Source: Cenococcum geophilum (Eukaryota). Taken from it: 64,000 nucleotides of DNA. This document shows, piece after piece, positions 27,580 through 40,010 of this stretch. Within the stretch, counting starts at the first letter, position 1; every line of letters starts with the position of its first letter. The position numbers and the translations under genes are program-made. The notes beneath the pieces are model-generated. The model saw only the letters and a list, made by a program, of their open reading frames with translations. It searched no databases and was not told the DNA's origin. Location of the stretch: positions 8,494,001-8,558,000 of the forward strand of contig CP158636.1 of assembly GCA_050273025.1 (NCBI GenBank), written 5' to 3'.

Positions 27580-28024
27580 TAACGTGTTTTATCTTATCTC
27601 GTTCCCAGACCTTCTTGCCAAGGCTTACCTTACTAAGACGCTAACCGCTTCTGGAAAGACCTTTATTAGAAGGTCTAGTATATGGTTTAGATTTTTATTA
27701 GTCCCGCGCGGGGTATTTACGCCTATATATACCTACTTTAAGCCAAATTATCTTAACTTTTATAGCTCCCTAAGCTATTCCTAATAGGTAGAATTACCAA
27801 ATTATACCTAGTGAAGAAGACTACGTTGCCTAATTTGCCCGATTCCAATTTATTATCTCGTTATTGCGCCCGACGCCCCCGAGTCGCAGCAGCCGTACCT
27901 CTCCCATAACCACCGCCGCCCTCTTCCTACTATAGCTAAAGTACCTAAACTAATAAGCTAGCCTTAAATAATGACTAAGGACTACTAGTAGGTATAGATT
28001 TACTTTATAAAAGGGGGTAAGCTT

Positions 28025-28330
28025 TAGGCAGAGCCTTGCGCAGAGCTTTAATAAAGCCTTATATAGAGCTTTAGTAGAGACTTACGTAGAGCCCTACGCA
28101 GAGCTCCGCGTAAAGCTTTGTATAGAGCTTTATGCAGAACTTTATGCAGAGCCTCATGCAGAGCTTTATATAAAGCTTTATGGAGAGCTTTATATAGAGC
28201 TTTATGGAGAGCTTTATATAGATCTTTATATAAAGCTTTGTATAGAGCTTCGTGTAGAGCTTCGTGCAGAGCTTTATATAGAGCCTCGTATAGAGCTTTA
28301 TGCAGAGCCTTATATAGAGCCTTATATAAA
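28025..28330. repeat. 12-bp minisatellite (gcagagctttat-like, roughly 25 degenerate units)
   Basis: Visible 12-nt period; it produces the RALY-repeat ORF in the track. Confidence 0.85.
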
Positions 28331-28539
28331 TATATAAGTGCGTAGATATATAGGTATATAGACGTATATATTTATACTAGCAATTAATTACAGAGTTTAT
28401 AAAGACAATTATATAGGAAATTATATAAATATTTATATAAGTATTTATATAGGCATTTATATACATAACTAATTAATTAATTATAATAGCTTATAGGCTA
28501 AGGAGTTCTTTAGCAATTTTAAATAGTATATAAGATCTA

Positions 28540-29273
28540 ATAGGAGGATACCTATAGATACGACCTCTTCTAACCCCTTAGGGACTAGATACCCCCGCCT
28601 AGCTAAAGGTAGCTTATAGGCGAATTACTAAACCCTCCTACTACTCCTCCCTAAAATCTTCTAAAGATATTTTAAAAGTATAGTATATAAGGCAGACTTA
28701 TTATAAAGGTATATAGGCTAGGCAAAAGCGGAGCGCATAAGACTAACTAAAAGGATATACTTAGGTTTTCTCCCTATTAGGGGTTTTTTCCTATATATAG
28801 AAAGTAAAAACCTATATAGACCTAAAAGAGTGACCAAATTGGGCAATAAATATAATTAATTATATAAATGTTTATATAGGTAATTATATAGATATTTATA
28901 AAGGCTTTTTAGTATATTAGTACTATATATTAGTAAAGCTTTAAGCTTAAGTATATAATAATAATATTTATTTATTCTATTTATAGCCTAATTTAGTCCC
29001 TTTTTTAAGTCTATATAGGCTTCTACCTTTTATTTATAGGAAAAATCCCTAGTAAGGAAAAAACCTAAGTATATCCTTTTAGCTAGTTTTACGCGCTCCG
29101 CCTAGGCCTAGCCTATTTACCTTTATTATATATCTACCTTTTATACTATACTTTTAAGGTATCTTAAATGGTTTAGGGGGTAGTAGAAGAGTTTAGTAAT
29201 TCGCCTACGTGCTACCTTTAGCTAAATGGGGGTGTCTAGTCCCTAAGGGGCTAGAAGGGGGCGTATCCTCCTA
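28540..29273. repeat. Diverged long inverted repeat (arms ~300 bp, spacer ~125 bp), possibly a fold-back element
   Basis: 28540-28853 is the reverse complement of ~28978-29273 (e.g. ccccttagggactaga / tctagtccctaagggg; aaaaggatatacttaggtttt / aaaacctaagtatatcctttt). No TSD found. Confidence 0.75.
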
Positions 29274-29281
29274 TATTCTCC

Positions 29282-30242
29282 TATCTATTTACTCGCTCGC
29301 AGAGATATATTCTAAATATATATTTATATTATATTGGGGGGTGTAGGCCTAAGGAGAGGGTAATCTCGCCCAGCCTGCTGTATTGCATAGTAGGTTCCCT
29401 ACTACTTAAGCAGTAGTAGATAATTATACACTTATTGCCCCCCTTAGGCCTACCGCAAGCCTAAAGGGCTGCAAAACTATCTATACGGTGGAGGGTGGGA
29501 AAGCGAAAAGCCGAAAGGCTGATTATAATAGATATTAATGTTGCTGTTTAGAGGAAGCGTAACTTCGCTTTAAATAGACATTTTTATCTATTTACTTGCT
29601 CGTAGAGATATATTCTAAATATATATTTATATTGTATTGGGGGGTATAGGCCCAAGGAGAGGGTAATCTCGCTTAGCCTGCTATATTGCATAGTAGGTTC
29701 CCTACTACTTAAGCAGTGGTAGATAATTACATACTTATTGCCCCAAATAACGCGTACCGTTAGAACCTAGCGGTATAAGGCCTACGCCTAATAACTAATA
29801 TAAATATAGGAATATATGTCGTCTCTTTACGCTTGTAGGGTATCGTTAACAGACCATTTAAGTAACGTAGAATCTCTAGGTAATATCGAAGGCTATTAAT
29901 AACGACGACGTAGTAGGAAGGAGAAAGAGAGGAAGCTAGAAAGCGTCAATTTAAAACCTGTTAAAAACCCTATGGGAAAAATTGTCAGGAAAGACTACTT
30001 ATTAACAGCTGTGGAAAGACGCGACGCGAAACTTTGCGATCCTCTAAGGGGTAAGACGTTTTATCGCGACGACAATACAACGCCGTACGGCATAGTATTA
30101 TTAAGGCTATAAGACGAATAAATAATAAATTCTCTATTAAATAAGCCCTATTTTAAAGCAAAAAGCTAAAATTCTAATTGTGATAAATATTGATGTTGCT
30201 GTTTAGAGGAGGCGTGACTTCGCTTTGAATAGACATTTTTAT
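29282..30242. repeat. Interleaved direct repeats A-x-B-A-y-B
   Basis: A (~160 bp) lies at 29282-29441 and 29585-29744. B (~67 bp) lies at 29520-29587 and 30175-30242. Confidence 0.8.
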
Positions 30243-30443
30243 TAAATCTTATATATTATCTAGAACTGCTAAAGGACTCCTTAACCTGTAAGCTATTATA
30301 CTGCTATATATAGGCCCCTACTTATAAAGAGTATTTAGGTAATAAGTATATAATTACCTATTTAAGCTAAAATTAAAGATTATTATAGCTTAAATAAATG
30401 CTTCTAAACTAAAGCTTAAATAAATACTATATTATAAAGATAC

Positions 30444-33400
30444 TGTTGGGAATAAAGGCAAGTGGTTACTATATAAGGCAAATTGCCATTACGGGTGGCA
30501 AGTTGCCGTTACGTGTTGCCGCGGCAGTAGCGTGGCGAGGAGCCTTAAGCTCCTCGCCCTCCCTAATATATATAAGAACAACAATTATTATACTATTTAC
30601 GAACCATAGCTACGTGATATCCCCTTATATAACTAACACTGATTAGTAGTTAACTTTACTGTTATACTATAGAATAGCTAGGTATTCCACTAAGAAGAGA
30701 TAAGCCACTATATTAGTGCTACTCGTGCTAAAGAAAGCTATTTTTTAAGGTTAAAACTAGTCCTAAACCTTAAATAGAACTCTTTTATAAATTTAAGGAT
30801 TTAAAGGCTAGAACTGGTTCTAAGCCTTTTTAAGATTATAGATTCTTATATCTATTACATAAAATAATACGCTTTATAAGTCTTTATAATTTAAGGCTAA
30901 AACTAGTCCTAAGCCCTATAACCGCAAATATATATTATAAACACGTACTAAATAATAAACACGTATTAAATAATAAATATATATTACAAACGCGTACTAA
31001 ATAATAATCCCTATACTAATAATACTTCCCTCCCTCTAAAAACATAGCTACGCCTACCTTAAATAACTAGAAAGACTCCTTATTACTAGGGGTAGCTAAG
31101 TACGCAAAACTTATTAATAAAGATTAGGACGAATTCGCCTTTAATATAATAACTTATACCATAAAATAAGTTAACGGCTTTCTTCTATACTATATTATAT
31201 TCTACTAAAATAGATACTATACCAACTTATAACTATAGGAGTATTTTAGGGAGGATTTTATAGAATGGACTACTAATACCTAGGTACTTAGCAACGTTAA
31301 TATTATTTAAGACTTTTAAGACTTCCTTTATAGGAATAGGGTATACGTTACTAAGAACGGTAACCTAATTACTAGTAATATTTAGGCCGTTATTATTAAT
31401 ATAGAAGAACTAATATAGATAGAAGCTAAGATTATATATTAACTACGGAAACCTAAAAACAACCTATATTCTTTAGAAGGCAACTTTAATTTATATTAAA
31501 ACCCCTAAAATACTAACCCCCTACCTAAAGCTACTCTCCTACTTAGAGGTGCTTTTCTACTTAAAGTTACTCCGCCTTTATCTCCTCTACTTTAGCTAAC
31601 TAGTAAGCCTTTACTATAAGAAGTTATAAATCTAATAAAGGTATATTCGGACAAAGAGAAAAAGTTTAAAGGAGAACTATATAATATACTTAGAGCAAAA
31701 CTATAGGTCTTTTATAACTGTTATAATAAGGTTAAAATTTAACGCTACTAATACCATTACGCTTTCTCTATTATATTAAAGGGACGGGTAGTAATATTCT
31801 ATTACAACTATATTACGGGTAAAAACTATAACTTTAATATAATACTTTAGCTTACTAAAGCCTACTTTAAGACTAATAAAAATTGCTAACTTTATATATC
31901 TAAATGGCGGGAGACTATATTCTAGAGAGTTATTACTTCTAACCTAATAAAGACTTATTTAGAGTGCCTTTAACTACTCTTTAATAAACTTTAGAAAATC
32001 TAATATAGCCTTACTAAAACTTACTAAAACAAGAATAGCCTAAGGGACTAGGTTATCTTAGCATACTATAGCATTTCTAAGTATAACTTGGCGCTATATA
32101 AACCTATAGATATATTTAAAAAAGTATATACTAAGCTACACTTTACTATAGGTACTGTAATATAAATATAAGAATTTTAACAGTTCTATACCGAAAACCC
32201 TACCTAACTAAGTATTCTTAACTAATATAATTATAACTAAACTAATTAAATATATAGTAGCCGCGGTAGGGAATATAGAAGAGGGTATAATTAATATTAA
32301 CTATAAGGTAATTATGGAGGTCCTTATAGAGGTTTATTTTAAAGTAATTACTAAAAGAAATGCTATATTTATAAGAAGCTAAATTGCTAGTTAACTAAAT
32401 ACTCCCTTAATAAGCGAAAAGAGGTATATAATAAGTTCCGTTAGAGTATAAGAAACGTTAAAAATTATAAGGTTACTATAGTCTACTTTTAAAGCTTTCT
32501 GGTTTAATATAAAGGCGTAAAAGACTTTAAGGGTAAGGTTAATAAGACTAAACAGCTTCTTATAGATATAGAAATTAAGAACTACTTACCTAACTAATAC
32601 TTTACTAAGTATAGTAAGGTAAATAGTATATAAACCGTCGCTGTCCTTAATAACTAATCTATACTCTATTCTATTACAAAGTTAAATATCTTTAATAAGC
32701 TAAAAAAGAGCTCTACGTTTTCCTTTAATAATAGATACTCGGTAAACATCTTCTATAGTATTATACCGGATACTAGAGCCGCAGGAGTATCTATAATAGG
32801 AGAACCTTAAGTTCGAGCCCTTTAATAGCATAATAGCTCTGTTTAAATTAACTATTTAATAGCAGGCTAGCATACAATTTGTTTTAGCAAAGGTACTATA
32901 ATCTCTCTTAGCACAATTAGGGTTTAAACTCCCTTAGGGTATATTAGTTTTCATATTATTTCTATAAACACTCTATTTCTATTTTATATTAAAGATATAA
33001 ATAAGTTAGGCGTTAGGCTTAATAACCTTAAAAATATACTTATTTAGGGAGATAATTAGGTGCCTATTATACGCAAGTAGGGTTACCCCTAGTTACTCCT
33101 TTATTAACTAGAAAAGAGTATTACTTAAAGCTACTTAACTAAGTCGGAATTACGCCAACTACACCATTATTTTGGCCACCTATCTATTTATTAATTACTT
33201 AGGGTTCTTTAGTAAGTAGGCTATAAAGTTAAGGTTAAGGCAATTAAGCATCTTATAAAGTATTGCTATTACTACTAAATAAACCAGAAGTCCCCTAGCC
33301 GATTTAAGTTTACCCTTAAGAATAACTACAACTTTAACTTCTATATTATTATTAACGTTATATATCTTAGTAGTAAGCCAGTACTCTAAGTTATTAACTT

Positions 33401-36400
33401 CTTAACCTCCTTTTAAGCCGCGCGTTTCTTAAAAGATATATTAGCTAGAAACGCATAGGAGACCCTTTAGTTATACTAGATTAATATCTATTTAGGACCC
33501 CCTAATTAAATTATCTATAATATAAGAAAGAACTTCTTATCTATAGAGTTTTAATAATAGATAAAGGTAATAGCAATTAAGGTTAAGGAAGTCCCTATTA
33601 AGGTATATAATAGTATTAGAAAAGTAAAACGATATTACGCGCTATTACGCCGCGTATATAAGATTATCTCTTTAGAACTAAAGGACGCTAGTAAAGAACT
33701 TACCTTATAAATAGCTGTTAAAGCTATTAATAATTCCGCTAGCCCGGATAGACTTATACCTACATTACTAGTCTTTAGCGCCTACCCTTAAATAACTAAT
33801 AATTCTTTACTATCTCCCTCTATTATATAATAAGCTGAGGCTATTTATAAGGCAATAAAGGAGGTATAACGTCTCTACGCTATATACTAGGTTAACGACG
33901 CACTAGAAATAAGAAATAGCCTAAATACCTTAACTACGCTTAATCTACTACTCTAGTCTAAGGTACACATATAGCGTAAAAAGGGAGAATAGTTAGGCCT
34001 ATACTAACTTATTATAATTAATAGTTAAACTTATACTATTTAGATGCCTTACAGACCTACTTAATTCCGTTTAACTATTATTAAGCCTTACTATAAAGAT
34101 AACAATTTTAAGCCTTTATAGGATACCCTAAAAAATACCCTAGAAGAGAACTATAATTAATATACTCTAAAAGGCGACTACAATCCTAATATAATTATAG
34201 TAGATACGCTATAACTATAACGCGGCAGAGGTCGCCTAAAGGGATCACGAAATCACCAACATCTTATTAATTTTAAAGAACAATTTATTGCTACCATTAA
34301 AAATAAAGTTAAGTTATTAATGGCCTTTATAACAGCTAAGGAGAAGGCTAACTTTAAACTTGTAAAATAGCTCTAAAAGGAAGGTTGTATTATAACTTTA
34401 GGAGCTCCTTTTTAAGCATCTAATAAGTAGGAGATCAATAATCTCATTGCAAGAGGAGCCTTTAAATTTAAGAAGTATAACCCTACTAAGTTTAATAGAG
34501 TTCGCATCTTTAAGTTAAGAATGGTTAATAAGATTAAGGGTAAAGCTACTAACGCCCTATTTAAGAAATTAAGGCTTATTATCTAAGGCTACAACGATAA
34601 TAGTAAGGAGGTAATTCTTACGTAGTCTCCTATAATTTAATAAGCTAGTTAGCGAGTTATTATTATACTAGCTCCCTCCTTAATAAAGAATAAAATGGCG
34701 GTTTATTTATAAGATATCACTTAAGCCTATACCTAATTAGAGACGCACCTTTAGCGCTTAATATTAATATACCTTCTAGAGCAAATTCGCCACCAGTATC
34801 CTAAAGATATAATTATAGTTGTGCTTAAGCCATTATATAGAATTGCAGAGGTAGGAACTTACTAGTAGGCTACCTATAGTAAGCACTATAAAGAGAAGCT
34901 TTTAATAACTACTTCTATATTCGATCCCTACTTCCTTATTATAACTATAGGAACTCTATTTAGAATTATTAGCATATAAACTAATAATATAATTATCTTA
35001 GGAGATGACTAATTCTTAGCTCTTAAAGAAGATAAGCTAGTAAAGGTAAATCTTATAGCAAAGCTAAAGGAAAAGCTTAGTTTAATAATACTATTACTCT
35101 TTAATGGATACATCCTCTCCCTAAACAAGAATTCTATTGCTCTACACTAAAAGGGTTAAGGTAAAAAGATTAATATTATTAACGCTAATTCTCTAAAGTA
35201 AGGATATATAGAGCAATGCGCTTATAGAGCTTATATTACTTCTATTTATTAACCTAAGGCTTTATTTAATCTCTCTGTTGCCGCCTAATACTAGGAACTA
35301 ACTAAGGATAATATTCTTGCCCTAAATAAGCGTCTTTTTTAGCAAATAAACTATCTTAATTAGGGACTACTCTACGTGCTTATTAATCTTCCTACCACTA
35401 AGCTCTTTATATTTATTAATAGATCGTTTATAAATAATAAAGATTTTAGCTCCTAGTTAGGATATAAGATTATTATTACAAATAAATTTACTAGAGAGAA
35501 TAACTTTATAATCTATAGCAATTTTATCTATTAGAGCTTAACTAAGAGTAAGCGTATTACCCGAAGTATTTTAGCGTTAAAGATATATAGAATAATTAGC
35601 GAAGTTAATATAGTAATTATAATTAGAACTACCCTAAAGATAATTATAGATTAACTCGAACTTCCTATTATCCCTATAATTATATACACCGACTTATATT
35701 CCCTCTATAAGTATTTAGTTAAGCTTAATACTATAAAGGAAAAGCGCCTTATAATTAATATTATGGCACTTTAGCAATCCTATAAGCGTTAAAAACTCTT
35801 TAAGATTTAATAAATTAATAGCTAAGATAACCTAGTAGATATAATAATAAAGGCGAACCTAAATAAGGCACTAGAGACGTTTGTTAATATAAATACTCTA
35901 TATATATAAGTTAAAGGTTAGGTTAAAAGGGAGTCCCTATAAATTTCTTAGTTACGTAAGGTCTTAAGATGTTTAGGAACTTTAACCGGCGGTTAAAGTT
36001 ATCTAATTAGTTAGATTCTCTTGCTAAGACTTTTTAGAGCATAACATTTTATAGACCCTAACTTAACCTAGCTAATTAGGATTTTTTATCCCCGGGATGG
36101 AAAATTGCTATTAGCTCGCTTACTACTAGCGCCTTAGCGGCCCTTTAAATAAGATATCTACCTGCGACTCCTAAGTAAGAAAGCACTACGTACTAAAAGG
36201 CAAATTTTAAGACAGTAAGACTTATATTATAATGGCAATAGTAAGTAAGGAGGATTAATATTTGCTACGCTAGTTAAGCGGTATATATATATATAGATAG
36301 TAACTATAAAAGAAGAGTTACTAGTGTTGGGAATAAAGGTAAGTAGTTACTATATAAGGCAAATTGCTATTACGGGTGGTAAGTTGCCGTTACATACGGC

Positions 36401-36539
36401 AAGTTGCCGTCACGTATCGCCGCGGCAATAGCGTAGCGAGGAGCCCTAAGCTCCTCGCCCTCCCTAACATATATAAGAATAACAATTATTATACTATCTA
36501 CGAACCGTAGCTACGTGATATCCCCTTATGTAACCAACG
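30444..36539 (+). mobile_element. Full-length Copia (GalEa-like) LTR retrotransposon, RIP-inactivated
   Basis: LTRs at 30444-30638 and 36325-36539, TSD GATAC. Knuckle KKCYI(C)KKxNC(W)S ~32356, protease-like PDT(G)AAG ~32766, IN ~33140-33790, RT from ~34425, RNase H to ~35930. Confidence 0.95.
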
Positions 36540-36700
36540 GATACTAAGCTAAGGAGAAGGAAAAGGGGCTAGTATAAATAAATATAAAGAGCTAGCTGCT
36601 AAGGCGCTAATAATAGACAAGCTAATAATAGGGTATAGTAGTATTTAGTAGGTAGAATGCTCTAATACTATTATAGGTATAGCTAATAAGTATATTTATA

Positions 36701-36940
36701 CTATAGCTATAAATAAAACCTTAAAAGGTAAGTAAGTAATTAGTAAGATACTAGGTATAGCTATATAGAATAATATATATAAGTGAGGTAACTTTATTAC
36801 CTAATAAGTATATATAGCTATACTATAGTATACTTATTAGGTAATAGAGTTACCTTACTTATATATATTATTCTATATAGCTATGCCTAGTATTTTACTA
36901 GTTACTTACTTATCTTTTAGGGTTTAATCTATAGCTATAG
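36701..36940. repeat. Near-perfect ~240-bp palindrome of a ~110-bp unit that also recurs as direct copies at ~37515, ~37990 and ~38115
   Basis: ctatagctataaataaaaccttaaaaggtaagtaagtaa... is mirrored by ...ttacttacttatcttttagggtttaatctatagctatag around a centre at ~36820. Confidence 0.85.
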
Positions 36941-39900
36941 TGTAAAGCTTATTAATTTATAATAGTAATTAGTAAGCTACCTAAGGCTCTATAGGTTTAA
37001 TCCTTAATTTTACCTAGCTAACTTAGGGATAGCCTTTACTAGTTAATATATTAGGTTTATAACCTATTAGTGACCTATTAATATAACCTATACTAACATA
37101 ACTAAAGTATAAGGTGGCTTTTTTTAAAGTATTATACTATAGCTACTAGAGGTTTAATATATTAAGCCTATATACTATAAGGGGATCTTATAGATAGGGG
37201 GCTATAAGGATACGATTGTGGAATAGGATAGATTGGTAAGAGAGACAAATCCTTAAGGAGGTAAGGCCTTTGGGATTGTAAAGGCTATATACTACGGGTA
37301 TGTGCCTTTAGTACGTAACCGGCGACTATCTAAGGGGCGTCTAGGGGTTGTCCTAAGGGCAATCTAAGGTGTCCGTAATAATATCCCTTATATATACCCC
37401 TGAGGTATAGTATTACTATAGCCTAGCCTAATCTACGCTTTTAAGCCTAAGGAATAAGGTATTACGCCTAAGGATAGTTACTATTAGGAGGGAGGTATTA
37501 TTAGATGTTAGGTAATTTGTTACCTTACCTATATATATTATTCCGCATAGCCGTACCTAGCATTAAGCCGGTCACTCGCTTACCTTTTAGGGTTTATACT
37601 ATGGCTAGGTAGTGCGGAGCCTATTACCTTATATAGTAACTAGCTTAATACCTAGGGCCTTATAGGTTTAAACCTTGTTTATACCCTAGGCTGACTTAGG
37701 GACGGCTTGCTAATTGTATAACCGAAGGAGCCGGTTACGCAACTAAGCCTTAGCTTGGTTAGGTTGATACTATAACTAAAGACGCTGGTCCCTATAATTG
37801 AAGCGCGAGGCGGCCTCTTTAGGCACCGCGTTGTAGCTGCTGGAGGTCTAGTATATTAAGCGCAATAACCCCTAAGGTATAATAACGCATTAGCGACCGT
37901 AGCCTGGCCTAATCCTACGCCCCTAAGCCTACGGGATAGGACGTTACGCCTAAGGACAGTCGCCATTAGAAGGGGTGTATTGTTAGGTAATTCGTTACCT
38001 CGCCTATATATATTGTTCCGCACAGCCGTGCCTGGTATTAAGCTAGTCACTTACTTACCTTTTAGGGTTTATGCTGTAGCTAGGTGGTGTAAAGCCTATT
38101 ACCTTATATTAGATAATAGAGTTATCTTACTTATATATATAATTCTATATAGCTATACCTAGTATCTTACTAGTTACTTACTTACCCTTTAAAGTTTTAT
38201 CTATAGCTATAGTATAGAGCTTATTATTTTATAATACTATTAGTATAAATATTTAACTTCTACTCTATATAAATATAATATAATTATCTACTAATAACCC
38301 CTTTAAAACTAGCTAAATAGAGCTTCTATAAGCTCTAAAGGACTATAAAAACCCTTCCTATTAATACTATACACCCTAATTTGGCGTTAGTAGAGGTATA
38401 TATAGTATTTTCTAGTATATAGCCCCTAAAGCCAGACTATAATAAATAAGTAAGGCCTTAACCCTTATAATCCTAATTAAATAGCGCGCCCTTTAGGAAC
38501 GCGTCCTATAGACTATATAAGCCGTAGGGTAAACCTAGTAGGTACTATAGAAATAATCTCTTAATATAGAGAAGGAGTAGACTACTATAATTATAACCCT
38601 TTAAATAGCCTTTATTATATTAGCGGAGCTTATCTAGACCTAATAAATCTAGAAATAATACGCCTAAGGTATAAAGGTAATCTAAATAGATATTAGCGCC
38701 TTCTAAAGGGCTATAATAATAGCTATAAAGAGCGGACTAATATCTATAGGTCTATAGTTATACGTATATATCGCTACTACTATACCTTTAATGCCCTAAG
38801 CTATAAGATAAGCTACTTATAAGTCTATAAAAGTTAATAAAATTATAATCTATATAAGCAATACTGCTAACTATAAAGAAGCCTTAAAGTAAAATAGCAA
38901 AGCCCTAGTATAACAAAGCCTTATAGGAAATACTACGGTAGACTTATTAATGGGCCGGGTATATAGGTATAGAATAGTTAATAATATAAATATAACTAGT
39001 GGAGTAGTTACCTAACAGATTAACTCTAATTATATTTTAAGTGTATAATTATAGCACCTGCTGTACTAACCGCGTGCTTACGCGTTCGGTACATTAACCA
39101 CGCGTTTACGCGTTCGGTGTACTAACCACCCGCTTACGCGTCTGGTGCACTCCTAAAGCACTAACTAATTAAGGGGGAGGCGCATTAGTATATAGACTAC
39201 GTAGTCTGCTTTATACAATCGACAGTCACCACCATCCTAAAGAGTATACGATACTATACGTATTTCGTGCCCCGGGATATGACTTAATTATATTATTAAG
39301 TTGATATAAATACTAATCAGTAAGCGCGTATAGATTAGCAATTACTCGACACCTCCTACCAAGCGATACACGACAGCGACCACCTGTTTAGACTCCTAGT
39401 ACGACCTACTAGAAGGTCGGAAGCCGGGGATTACGGAACTATCACTAACTCTGTATACTTATTTAAGTCTTAGTATAGTTTACTAGAAGTTTATAAACGC
39501 GAATATAGACCCTTATAGAACCCCCTATTTTTAAACCCCTCGAACCTTAAACCCCTCCAGACCTTTTACGGAAACCCCCTACCCTCCTACAAACTATTAT
39601 ATACCTGTTAATCACCTTTATAGACCATTATAAGACCTCTCGAACTATTATGGACCTATTAATTGATTTTACGGACCGTTATAAGACCTCCCCCACCCGT
39701 TACAAGCTACTACCACCCGCTATATACTATACTATATAGTATAGCAGACACAAGCAAGCAGATTAATGAAGGTTGAGAGAAATAGAGATAAGGAGTCGAC
39801 CTTACGTCTATAACTGACGTTGACAACTATATTAAGTACAAAATCCTTAAATACGGATATTTTAAGCTTATAAATAATGACCTGTGGGAGTAATATAAGG

Positions 39901-40010
39901 AAGACTTTACGGACTTTACGGAAGATATTCTTAAAGCTTATAACCCTACTACTATCTGTAACCTATAAACCCTTTTACGTCACTAAGGTGTATGGGTTAA
40001 AAAGGATAAA

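Noticed and set aside
28118..28345. 75-aa RALY-repeat ORF in the track
   Set aside because: It is a by-product of the 12-bp minisatellite, with a non-ATG start and no domain.
36900..38200. Scattered TTAGGG hexamers suggesting telomeric repeats
   Set aside because: They are isolated and not tandem, and RIP readily generates them.
38270..38900. Possible coding relic left of the second Gypsy (also 30243-30438)
   Set aside because: No motif could be recognised by eye, so it is left unannotated pending a de-RIP homology search.
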